DNA of 32,000 nt from Candidatus Saccharimonadota bacterium (GTDB taxonomy: Bacteria; Patescibacteriota; Saccharimonadia; Saccharimonadales; Saccharimonadaceae). The translations under genes were made by a program, and so were the position numbers. This document shows positions 1 to 7,381 of the stretch, in pieces (the stretch's first letter is position 1; each line of letters opens with the position of its first letter). The stretch is taken from positions 30,001 to 62,000 of the forward strand of contig DIRZ01000003.1 in NCBI GenBank assembly GCA_002421785.1, in the 5' to 3' direction. The notes beneath the pieces were generated by a model. It ran no database searches, had not been told where the DNA came from, and worked only from the letters and a program-made list of their open reading frames with translations.

Positions 1-28
1 CTTCTAATAGTTCGGCTTTTTTTGCCAT
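1..28 (-). CDS. First 9 codons (MAKKAELLE...) of a gene that runs off the left edge; product unknown
   Basis: ATG at 28-26 on the minus strand, GGAGA about 6 nt upstream, frame open to base 1. Confidence 0.3.
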
Positions 29-189
29 AAATTATCTCCTGCGGTAGTAGCGGCTTACGAGGCCTCCCGACATTAATTTGTATCTATAATATTTTAGCAC
101 AAAGTTGGCCAAAGGTCTAGGATTCAGTTAGCTGGTATGATGTCCGCGGGATACATCGCCCGTAGCTAATGATATAGGCTTGCTCTTAT

Positions 190-218
190 TTGAAAATATG
201 TACTAGTAGGCGTATAAT
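190..218 (+). promoter_or_regulatory. Sigma70-like promoter for the 269-721 gene
   Basis: TTGAAA (190-195), 17-nt spacer, TATAAT (213-218). About 45 nt upstream of GAGGTG plus the ATG at 269. Confidence 0.6.
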
Positions 219-268
219 CATATAACAACGCAACCCCGCGTGTACTTTCCAAGGAACGAGGTGACACT

Positions 269-721
269 ATGGCATCCACTGCAGTGTGGGCCGTCGACTT
301 CATCGACGCCCACCCGACCGTCAGCCTGGCAGACTACTACGAGCAGGACACTGCGACTAATGTCGTTGGCTTCTTGCCTCACCGCCCATCGTTGGCGTTG
401 ATGCAGATGATCCAGCGCTTTGTAGCGGAGCGCACCCAGCGCGAAAAGCGCAAAATCGAAGGCCGTCGCGCATTCGAGGAATGGCAGCGCATTCGTCCCG
501 TCGAGCCGTCAAAGTTTTCCCTGCGTGACACGGTCACCGTGGAAGAGAGCACCCTAGTGCTTCTCGATTACGACGATTTGGACGGGCCGCCCACGCGGCT
601 GGGGCTCGCCATCGTTGACGCACCGCCGCCGATGACGTTTGCGGCCGAGAGTCTGGAGGCCCGCCTCACCTATGCTGTTTTTGATATTTTTCGGCAACGA
701 ATCATGTCGAACCGGCGATAA
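269..721 (+). CDS. Hypothetical protein (150 aa), no recognisable domain, GC3-rich
   Basis: ORF with GAGGTG 6 nt upstream and its own promoter. By hand count about three quarters of codons end in G/C. Acidic/basic mixed sequence with no TM segment. Confidence 0.6.
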   Translation: MASTAVWAVDFIDAHPTVSLADYYEQDTATNVVGFLPHRPSLALMQMIQRFVAERTQREKRKIEGRRAFEEWQRIRPVEPSKFSLRDTVTVEESTLVLLDYDDLDGPPTRLGLAIVDAPPPMTFAAESLEARLTYAVFDIFRQRIMSNRR

Positions 722-864
722 CACCCCCTGGGGTGTCTGTGGCCTACGGGTCGCGGGCACCCCTGTTTGATAGGTATTTGAAGCTGTCTCTGTTATACGA
801 AAATGTTGCAATTTTAACAATGTATAGTTATCTCTGTTTTTGTCCATATATAGCGTGTCGAATA

Positions 865-894
865 TTGACATAAGCGCTACGTACATAGTAAGAT
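865..894 (+). promoter_or_regulatory. Putative promoter for the LysM-CHAP gene
   Basis: TTGACA (865-870), 18-nt spacer, TAAGAT (889-894). Leaves a roughly 100-nt 5' UTR ending in AAGGAGG. Confidence 0.45.
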
Positions 895-998
895 GGTTCC
901 TATTGTGTTTGGCAAGTTGCTAAAAAACCATGCAAAACACTAAGTCCTTGGAGTGACAGAAATATCAGTACTCTAGGGGGTTTAAGGAGGATAAGAAT

Positions 999-1688
999 AT
1001 GAATATCAACCAAGCAGTGGTGGCACTGAGTATTACTCTTGCCGCTACAGTACTAGGTGGCCAAAGCGCTTTTGCGCAAACAGCCCCGACGACTACCAAG
1101 GAGCCGGCTCCCGTAATCGTAACCGTTCAGGAAGGTGATTCACTCACTAAAATCGCCGACGCGAACAAAACAACCTGGGTACGAATCTTCAACGCAAATG
1201 ACACACTCGCGAACCCTGATGTCATTAATGCTGGAGATAAAGTTCGTATCCCTCGCGAGGACGAAGATCTTCCTGACCGCTACAGCGAAATCGCAGCGGC
1301 TCAGGCAGCGGCGCAGCAGCAAGTGGTCGCACAGACTGCAACAACGTACACCACGCGTAGCTATTCAAGTGCGCCTGTGAGCTCAAGTAGCTACTACGTC
1401 GGCAATGGTATGTGGTGTACTGACTACGTGCACTCAGTCCGACCAGACGTGCCTATCTATGGCAACGCAGGCTATAGCTGGATTAGCTCCGCACAGGCAG
1501 ATGGTAAAGCGACCGGCAGCACGCCACAGGTTGGTGCGGTTGCTGTCACTGACGGTCACGTAGCGTATGTGAGTGGCGTCAACGCTGACGGATCTTACCA
1601 GGTGCAGGAAATGGGCTGGAACTACCAGGCCGGAAACTACAACGAACGAACAGTTCAGCCTGGCACGTTTGGAGCGTTCATCTACTAG
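999..1688 (+). CDS. Secreted peptidoglycan hydrolase with signal peptide, LysM domain and CHAP (Cys/His amidohydrolase-peptidase) domain
   Basis: N-terminal signal (ALSITLAATVLGGQSAFAQ). LysM motif (VQEGDSLTKIADANKTTWVRIFNANDTLANPDVINAGDKVRIP). CHAP catalytic Cys context (WCTDYV) and His block (GHVAYVSGVNADGSYQVQEMGWN). Strong RBS AAGGAGG. Confidence 0.88.
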   Translation: MNINQAVVALSITLAATVLGGQSAFAQTAPTTTKEPAPVIVTVQEGDSLTKIADANKTTWVRIFNANDTLANPDVINAGDKVRIPREDEDLPDRYSEIAAAQAAAQQQVVAQTATTYTTRSYSSAPVSSSSYYVGNGMWCTDYVHSVRPDVPIYGNAGYSWISSAQADGKATGSTPQVGAVAVTDGHVAYVSGVNADGSYQVQEMGWNYQAGNYNERTVQPGTFGAFIY

Positions 1689-1705
1689 GAATCTACTAGT
1701 TCGAA

Positions 1706-1740
1706 CAAAAAACACCCCCCGAGCGAGAGGGGGTGTTTGC
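1706..1740 (+). terminator. Rho-independent terminator after the LysM-CHAP gene
   Basis: ACACCCCC/GGGGGTGT stem (1712-1719 with 1729-1736) flanked by an A-run and TTT. A second imperfect hairpin at about 1756-1797 serves the convergent gene. Confidence 0.6.
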
Positions 1741-1802
1741 TTCTTCTAATAAAGTGCCCTGTCGGCACACACGCGTTGCGTGCATGCTGACAGGGCAAGG
1801 TG

Positions 1803-2705
1803 TCAGGCTTCGAGCGCCTCACGGTAGCTCGAAGTCGTGTGGTTCACGGACTCCACGAGGCGGATGAGCCTGTCCAGCATCACTGAACCGATGGCGTCGC
1901 GGAAAGGCCACGTGGACTGCTCGTGACTATACCTTGAGTAACCCTGGCCCCATTCTTCCTCGATGGTTCGGCCGTACTTGTCGTATTCGGCAAGGCAATA
2001 GGCCAGCACTAGCTTGGCCAGCTTGATGTCGTTGGTGCGGGTAGCACGCGCGGCCATCATCTGGATCTGACCAACGGTCTGCTCGGGAGTGTTCTTGAAG
2101 TCACTCACCGAAGGAGTTTCGATGTACTTGACGACAATGTCGTCCCAGTCCGCTGGGTAGGTCGGCTGCTCGGCGTTGTACTTATCGCAGAAGCGCTGCA
2201 TGTAGCTGCTACTCATGACGCGCTTGTAGCTGTAGAGCGCCAGAACGTTGCCCGAGCGGGCATCGATGAGCGTTTGGGCCATGGCATCTGTGAATAGCTG
2301 ACCGAGCTCGCTGCTCGGAACTCCGAAGATCGCTTCCGCATCGAGCGACGGGTAGTCTTCGTAGTAGCTGATGCAGAGGCATGCCAGGTCCGATGCATCC
2401 GCAACATGCGCTTCGGCTGCAAGCTTGGCCGTCTTGATTCGTGCCGTGGCGGCCAGATACTTGAGCGTGGCGGCATGTTCGCGAGCCGCATCGCTCAAAT
2501 GCACGTGCTTGAGGTACGGAGATAAGTAGAGCTCACCGATTCCAATGAGTTCCTCGTCGGTTTCGGCTTGCTCGATATGCTCGACCCAGTCGAGCGTGTA
2601 CTTCTCGGCTTCGCGTTGTATGTTTGCGGCGTACAGCTTGTACAGCCCGTACATGAGGCCAGCAATCGCCAGCACAATCAACACGGCAATGACGATGGGT
2701 TCCAT
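1803..2705 (-). CDS. Hypothetical N-terminally membrane-anchored protein (300 aa), GC3-rich
   Basis: Start moved from 2759 to the ATG at 2705 (MEPIVIAVLIVLAIAGLMYGLY = TM helix). AGGAAG lies 5 nt upstream. An extended -10 TGGTATAAT at 2743-2751 sits inside the longer ORF version. Confidence 0.65.
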   Translation of the reverse strand: MEPIVIAVLIVLAIAGLMYGLYKLYAANIQREAEKYTLDWVEHIEQAETDEELIGIGELYLSPYLKHVHLSDAAREHAATLKYLAATARIKTAKLAAEAHVADASDLACLCISYYEDYPSLDAEAIFGVPSSELGQLFTDAMAQTLIDARSGNVLALYSYKRVMSSSYMQRFCDKYNAEQPTYPADWDDIVVKYIETPSVSDFKNTPEQTVGQIQMMAARATRTNDIKLAKLVLAYCLAEYDKYGRTIEEEWGQGYSRYSHEQSTWPFRDAIGSVMLDRLIRLVESVNHTTSSYREALEA

Positions 2706-2780
2706 GCTTCTTCCTGCCTTTTCTCTAGGTGGACAAGTGCGTATTATACCATAAAACACTTAAAAAAGCCATAGCCATAC

Positions 2781-2803
2781 GAAAAACACCCCTCGTGGGG
2801 TGC
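2781..2803 (-). terminator. Rho-independent terminator after the 80-aa ORF
   Basis: CACCCC/GGGGTG stem with 4-nt loop, followed by TTTTT on the minus strand. Confidence 0.7.
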
Positions 2804-2821
2804 CTTCGTCCTGGAGGCTAG

Positions 2822-3064
2822 CTAGCAAACACTCAGGAGTGTCCACTGGCCACTCGCCTGTCGCAAACAAAAGCTGCGTGCGCCATCACTCAGTGTGACG
2901 GTACTTGCGAGTGATTCACCACGGCGGATGGTTGCGCGGATGCCCGCATCGACAAAGCAATACGTGCGCCCAGCCCATTCCATTCGCTTCGGGTAGGCGG
3001 TCATATTACGACCGAACCCTACGGCGGTGATACTAACAGGACTGTTAATAGTTGTGACATTCAT
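2822..3064 (-). CDS. Small hypothetical protein (80 aa)
   Basis: ORF with GGAGAG 8 nt upstream and its own terminator. No motif I can name with confidence. Confidence 0.5.
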   Translation of the reverse strand: MNVTTINSPVSITAVGFGRNMTAYPKRMEWAGRTYCFVDAGIRATIRRGESLASTVTLSDGARSFCLRQASGQWTLLSVC

Positions 3065-3343
3065 AGCATACTCTCCTATGTCCTAAAGTTGATTCAAGTG
3101 GTGGAGTATGAACTACAAGACCCTTGCATGGTGCCACTTGCGCGCCATCCGCAGTATGTCTGAAGTAGTGATTGTGGAGCATGGCCGCGTAGCCAAACTA
3201 ATGCGTCATGGTTTGGAAGTGGAAATCAGCTTGCGCCAAAGTACTCCCATAACCTGTATCTATTGTACCGCTCGGCAGGTATAGGCCGTCAAGTCTGGTA
3301 ATAGGCGATATTCATGGTGAAAACGAGCAAAAATGCGTGAAAA

Positions 3344-4138
3344 CTATTGTCGATAGTCGCCGCCCTCGACGCGGTAATATTGCTCTAGTGTTTCGATTCC
3401 CTTGGCTTTCATATCGCTCGCAACAGCCATGCCGACATAGCGCCAGTGCCACGGTTCGGCAGTGTAGCCGGTGATGCTCGTCAGGCCTTCGGGATAGCGC
3501 TGAATGAATCCATTGGTTGCGGCGTTTTCGCGTAGCCATACGTACTGCGATGAGCCATTAAAGCAGCTGAGTGCGCAGCTGCCAACCTTTACGTCAACGG
3601 CAAGGCCAGTTTGGTGCTCGCTGTATCCGGGTCGGGCACTGTAAGTGTCTGCCTGGACACTCCCGCTGACACCGACCCAGTATTTGTAAGTTGTAACCTG
3701 CGTGGCGTAGGACCGAAAGCTGCTACTAGCGCTAAATCCTTGGCCTGCAGCTGTCGCGGCAGCAGCCATGGCGCTATAATGATCGGCTGCCTCTTGACGC
3801 ATCGTAACGTCCCCGGTGTCCACCAAGTCAGTAGGAGCGTAATCGAGTGGTGAAAAACAGCGTTTTTTGTTGATGATAGCTTGCAGTGAGTCAGGGTTGT
3901 TTATCGCGCAGTTTGTAGGGTTTGTCGTGCGAGCAAGCGGCACTGATGGACTGGTGAGCGCAGCACGTGCAGCCGCTTCGGCGTCAGCGTTTGCCCTGGC
4001 TTCGGCTTCTGCTTTGCGGGCATCGTCAATGCGTTTTTGCAGAGTTGCCTTTACCTGCGCATCAATACGCTTAGCAAATTCACGCTGTTCCACAAGCGAG
4101 CGCGCTGCTGGTTGTCGGCAATGGTGACGAATGCCCAC
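3344..4138 (-). CDS. VanY / peptidase M15B D-alanyl-D-alanine carboxypeptidase (catalytic part; apparently frameshifted from its membrane anchor)
   Basis: Zinc-ligand motifs SEHQTGLAVD and EPWHWRYVG. Ala/Glu-rich linker. No signal or TM in this frame. Confidence 0.85.
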   Translation of the reverse strand: MGIRHHCRQPAARSLVEQREFAKRIDAQVKATLQKRIDDARKAEAEARANADAEAAARAALTSPSVPLARTTNPTNCAINNPDSLQAIINKKRCFSPLDYAPTDLVDTGDVTMRQEAADHYSAMAAAATAAGQGFSASSSFRSYATQVTTYKYWVGVSGSVQADTYSARPGYSEHQTGLAVDVKVGSCALSCFNGSSQYVWLRENAATNGFIQRYPEGLTSITGYTAEPWHWRYVGMAVASDMKAKGIETLEQYYRVEGGDYRQ

Positions 4139-4245
4139 GTGCTAGCAACGAGTATCAAAAGAACGGTCATCAGAGGAATTCGTTGGCGCCACCACCCCGG
4201 GCGGGGTTTGGCGGGCTGTTGATGGCGGCGTGGATTTATGCGCAT
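4051..4245 (-). CDS. Basic N-terminus plus one TM helix, probably the detached membrane anchor of the VanY gene
   Basis: MRINPRRHQQPAKPRPGWWRQRIPLMTVLLILVASTWAFVTIADNQQ, then the frame decays. Overlaps 3344-4138 in another frame. TACAAT lies 6 nt upstream of the ATG at 4245. Confidence 0.45.
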   Translation of the reverse strand: MRINPRRHQQPAKPRPGWWRQRIPLMTVLLILVASTWAFVTIADNQQRARLWNSVNLLSVLMRR

Positions 4246-4323
4246 GATCCTATTGTACTGCACCGATCATCAATTTTATGGTGCATACGCTTTTTGACAT
4301 ATTGTATCGCACACACTTGCTGT

Positions 4324-4974
4324 CTAGTCGACGCCGTTTGTGTCGAAATCTATGCGCATATTACATTCTGTCGAAGTTTTATCGGCTGTAACAGAGCGTG
4401 AGCCCCAAATATCTGCTCCACACGGCATGTCACCCCTCACATGGTAGATAATTTGAAAGCTATCCTTATTAGCACTTCCCGGGGGGAAGTTCCAAAAGTA
4501 GTAGAAAATGCCTCGGTACGAGTCGTCATAGGTGGCATCACTTATTTTTACATACGATGTCGAACCGCTGGGTATGGTTGAGATGACTGATTTTAGTTCG
4601 GTACTAAGCTGAGGGTCGAGTGAGTAGTTATACACGACACCCGTCGATTTGTTTAATGATTTGTAGCAGACGCCTGCAGCAAATTCTGCGGTTGCTGGGT
4701 AGTCGGCTGCAGTACCCAGGCAGCCACCCGCCCAGTTGTTGACGAATCCTCCGACAGGAAAACGCTGGTTTTGAGAGTAATACATACGAATCGCTTTGTC
4801 GTAGGTGATGGCTGTTGCGTTTGCTCGGGATGACCATGCTCGGTCTTGAATGCCACGGTAGGCGACCACAGCGAAGGCAGCCAAAATGCCAATGACGACG
4901 ATAACCACTAGGAGCTCTACAATAGTGAAGCCTCCGGCTGTTTTGGCAGTGCTGTGCTTCCGGACAGTACTCAT
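4324..4974 (-). CDS. Type IV pilin-like protein (prepilin N-terminal cleavage/methylation domain)
   Basis: KTAGG/FTIVELLVVIVVIGILAAFAVVAYRG class III signal with Glu at +5. Four Cys in the C-terminal globular part. Confidence 0.88.
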   Translation of the reverse strand: MSTVRKHSTAKTAGGFTIVELLVVIVVIGILAAFAVVAYRGIQDRAWSSRANATAITYDKAIRMYYSQNQRFPVGGFVNNWAGGCLGTAADYPATAEFAAGVCYKSLNKSTGVVYNYSLDPQLSTELKSVISTIPSGSTSYVKISDATYDDSYRGIFYYFWNFPPGSANKDSFQIIYHVRGDMPCGADIWGSRSVTADKTSTECNMRIDFDTNGVD

Positions 4975-4975
4975 A

Positions 4976-5512
4976 TTAGAGACACCTTTCTACTGAAAAG
5001 TTAGTCCTGCGTGAGGTATTTGCAACTTCAGATTTATAGCCAATTGAAACGTTGGCTGTTGCTGGCAGCATTCCAGAGCCAGCGTCGTAGCAATAATAAA
5101 AGTAGGCTAAGCCTGCGCCCGCCCCACCCGGGTCGGTGGTGCCAGTATTTACAGGATCGCTTGGTACTTTGCCGTAGGTTGTTCCTAGGAATGATAGCCA
5201 CGAAGCACTAGAACTAATGTTCCAGCCACCGGGCCCCGCACCACCATACGTAGCGGTGCGCGGGAGTCCGCCGTTGTCCACCTGGTAGGCAAGAAGCATT
5301 TTGCGTATGTAGGCGATATCGTTAGCGCGAATTGAATCACGAGCGCGTAGCTGAGTGCCGTTGAACGCGACAACGGTCACTGTGGCAAGAATCGCTATAA
5401 TAACAATGACGATGAGCAGCTCCACGATAGTAAACCCGTAAGTGGGTGTGGTGCGGACAAATGTTCTTTGCCGCAACCTATTCGCCTGATTAACAAAAAG
5501 AGGAATAAGCAT
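4976..5512 (-). CDS. Type IV pilin-like protein, paralog in tandem
   Basis: TPTYG/FTIVELLIVIVIIAILATVTVVAFNG. C-terminal Cys pair. 1-nt gap to the downstream pilin. Confidence 0.88.
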   Translation of the reverse strand: MLIPLFVNQANRLRQRTFVRTTPTYGFTIVELLIVIVIIAILATVTVVAFNGTQLRARDSIRANDIAYIRKMLLAYQVDNGGLPRTATYGGAGPGGWNISSSASWLSFLGTTYGKVPSDPVNTGTTDPGGAGAGLAYFYYCYDAGSGMLPATANVSIGYKSEVANTSRRTNFSVERCL

Positions 5513-5565
5513 GCTATCCCCTATTTAACCATAAGCATGTCGTGCTATCAACGAATGACGGCTGC

Positions 5566-5608
5566 AATAAACAAAACTGTCGCCATTCTGTGAAGACTGG
5601 CGACAGTT
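5566..5608 (-). terminator. Rho-independent terminator directly after rplK
   Basis: 10-bp stem ACTGTCGCCA/TGGCGACAGT followed by TTTGTTTATT on the minus strand. Confidence 0.75.
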
Positions 5609-5627
5609 GGTGTGTAAGAATACGGAT

Positions 5628-6053
5628 TTATTCGACGACTTCGACGCCCATGCTGCGAGCTGAACCAGCGATAACCTTTACGGCACCGTCTAGGTCGATT
5701 GCGTTGAGCTGTTCCATCTTGGTTTTTGCGATTTCTTCTAGCTGAGCGCGCGTAATTTTGCCAACCTTGTCGGTGTGTGGCTTTGCGCTGCCTTTTTTGA
5801 TACCAATCGCTTCACGAATCATATCGTCAACTGGCTGCCCCAGACTCTTCCATGCAAAGGTACGATCTTCGAACACTTGAATGTGTACGATCACGTCTTT
5901 GCCCGCATCTGCTTTGGTAGCGTCGTTAAAAGGGTTGATGAAATCCATCATATTAAGACCCCACTGACCTAGGGTGCTACCGACTGGAGGTCCTGCGGTT
6001 GCGCGGCCAGCTGGAATACGTAACTTGAGGTTACCGATGACTTTTTTTGCCAT
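5628..6053 (-). CDS. rplK: 50S ribosomal protein L11
   Basis: MAKKVIGNLKLRIPAGRATAGPPVGSTLGQWGLNMMDFINPFN matches the L11 N-terminal domain. 141 aa. Confidence 0.97.
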   Translation of the reverse strand: MAKKVIGNLKLRIPAGRATAGPPVGSTLGQWGLNMMDFINPFNDATKADAGKDVIVHIQVFEDRTFAWKSLGQPVDDMIREAIGIKKGSAKPHTDKVGKITRAQLEEIAKTKMEQLNAIDLDGAVKVIAGSARSMGVEVVE

Positions 6054-6122
6054 AATTATAATAATCCTTCTCTATAGATTTACTGCATTAGTTGAAGCAT
6101 TTGCAGTGCGTAACAGTGAGCA

Positions 6123-6151
6123 ATTATAGCCTAGTTGTGGCTATTTTGCAA
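6123..6151 (-). promoter_or_regulatory. Promoter dedicated to rplK
   Basis: TTGCAA (6151-6146), 17 nt, TATAAT (6128-6123) on the minus strand. Overlaps the stop of the upstream orphan gene. Confidence 0.55.
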
Positions 6152-6788
6152 GCGTTTCGCTGCTCCACGCGGCGATTGCTTGTAGCGCTTGCGACTCCGA
6201 CATGCCGGTGTTCTCGCTCAGGGCCCAGACCATTCCCATGAGGGGTCTGTCTTGCTGAATTTCATGCAAGGTTTTGTGGGTTTTTGCCCGTTCGCTTAAG
6301 GTGGTGAGCACGAACTGCCTCAGGTGGACCGGCGCTCCGAGCACCCCCATCATCAGGGCTTCTTGGTCTGATGTCCCTTTTGCTTCGGCCACAAGAGCCG
6401 CTAGTGACTCGTGAACTGCCAAGGGCGCTTCACTAAAGTACTCAGGAAACATACTAGCAACGGTAAGGCCGGTAATGGCCGGTAGTGGCTCTCCTGTTTG
6501 CTCTGTAATGTCGAACATCTGGTTAATGTATTCATCGATTGTTTCGTAGCCTGCATACACCACCCCTTCATCTGGGACTGGAAGCTCCACGGTGTCATCG
6601 GAATTTTTCTTATAAAGTGACATCCGTTCGCCATCGTTGCTCAATCCACCGTTCATACCCGACTGGGCGATCGCATCACATGTATCGTAGTGTTCGATTA
6701 CGACGACAGGTTCGTGAAGTGTACCTCGTAGTGTGCGCTGGTTTTGCTCTTTAAGCGAGCGAAAAGGAAGATGTTCGTAGGAACTCAT
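6141..6788 (-). CDS. Hypothetical acidic protein (215 aa), no recognisable domain
   Basis: Long ORF between nusG and rplK. Extended -10 TGGTATAGT lies 8 nt before the ATG. Confidence 0.6.
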   Translation of the reverse strand: MSSYEHLPFRSLKEQNQRTLRGTLHEPVVVIEHYDTCDAIAQSGMNGGLSNDGERMSLYKKNSDDTVELPVPDEGVVYAGYETIDEYINQMFDITEQTGEPLPAITGLTVASMFPEYFSEAPLAVHESLAALVAEAKGTSDQEALMMGVLGAPVHLRQFVLTTLSERAKTHKTLHEIQQDRPLMGMVWALSENTGMSESQALQAIAAWSSETLAK

Positions 6789-6877
6789 ATAAGATTACTA
6801 TACCACTATTACCCGAAAACCGCCAGGCATGAAGTGTGCCCCCGCGAATTGCGGAGGCACGGGACGATGGCCAGCTC

Positions 6878-7258
6878 TCAGATGATGCCTAACCACCGTA
6901 AGGTTCGCATCCACCATGGCAATGCAGGCGCAGCATAGGTCTCATGACCGTTGTCTGGGTGCGCCATGAACTGCTTGGCCTGGGTTATTCGTTCGTTCTC
7001 TTGACGCAACGCAACGAGGTATGGGTTTGTCGAAGTACTTCCATCCGTCGTCGGGTCAATCGGTTTCTGGCCGTACGCGTACGTTGCCATGAGGATTGCG
7101 CTGCAGATGGCGAAATCGTCATCGCTACTGCGTGGGCGCGCTGCCGCGTGAGCTGCATCGGCCGCAATCCAGCCTTCCATTTGTTGCTGATAGAACTTAC
7201 GCTCTGCTTCTATGAACAGAAGGTCCTGGGTGGTATATGTGCGAGTAGACAAGGCCAT
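6878..7258 (-). CDS. Hypothetical protein (126 aa), no recognisable domain
   Basis: ORF behind a near-consensus promoter, with AAAGGAG immediately upstream of the ATG. Confidence 0.55.
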   Translation of the reverse strand: MALSTRTYTTQDLLFIEAERKFYQQQMEGWIAADAAHAAARPRSSDDDFAICSAILMATYAYGQKPIDPTTDGSTSTNPYLVALRQENERITQAKQFMAHPDNGHETYAAPALPWWMRTLRWLGII

Positions 7259-7289
7259 CTCCTTTGATATCCGGCGTGTTCCTACTATT

Positions 7290-7318
7290 ATTATACCAAA
7301 TAATCATTGTTTAGTCAA
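7290..7318 (-). promoter_or_regulatory. Near-consensus promoter for the orphan gene pair
   Basis: TTGACT (7318-7313), 17 nt, TGgTATAAT (7298-7290) on the minus strand. Confidence 0.65.
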
Positions 7319-7341
7319 TTTACGTCCTAATATCGACACTA

Positions 7342-7367
7342 AGATACCCCGGTGGACCGGGGTATCT
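7342..7367 (-). terminator. Strong hairpin after nusG (terminator-like, weak U tract)
   Basis: 11-bp stem AGATACCCCGG/CCGGGGTATCT with a 4-nt loop, 14 nt after the nusG stop. Confidence 0.5.
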
Positions 7368-7381
7368 GAGAAGCGGGTAGC

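Noticed and set aside
128-175. Imperfect inverted repeat (AGTTAGCT...AGCTAATG with inner GATGTCC/GGATACATC) in the left divergent spacer as an operator or sRNA
   Set aside because: It has too many mismatches and bulges, and no flanking promoter or terminator logic. It could be chance in an AT-rich spacer.
554-886. 110-aa minus-strand ORF
   Set aside because: It overlaps the 3' third of the 269-721 gene antisense and extends into a promoter-bearing spacer. No support.
900-998. c-di-AMP (ydaO-type) riboswitch upstream of the cell-wall hydrolase
   Set aside because: The leader is only about 100 nt and lacks the conserved ACGGGGA and CCCGA-type pseudo-symmetric elements. I see only a trivial 8-codon uORF.
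2706-2759. 18-codon N-terminal extension of the 318-aa ORF (MFYGIIRTCPP...)
   Set aside because: A TGGTATAAT box and an AGGAAG RBS lie inside it. The downstream Met begins a clean TM helix.
4090-4130. Programmed -1 ribosomal frameshift in the VanY gene
   Set aside because: No slippery X-XXY-YYZ heptamer or downstream pseudoknot-like structure is visible. An indel (real or an assembly error) is simpler.
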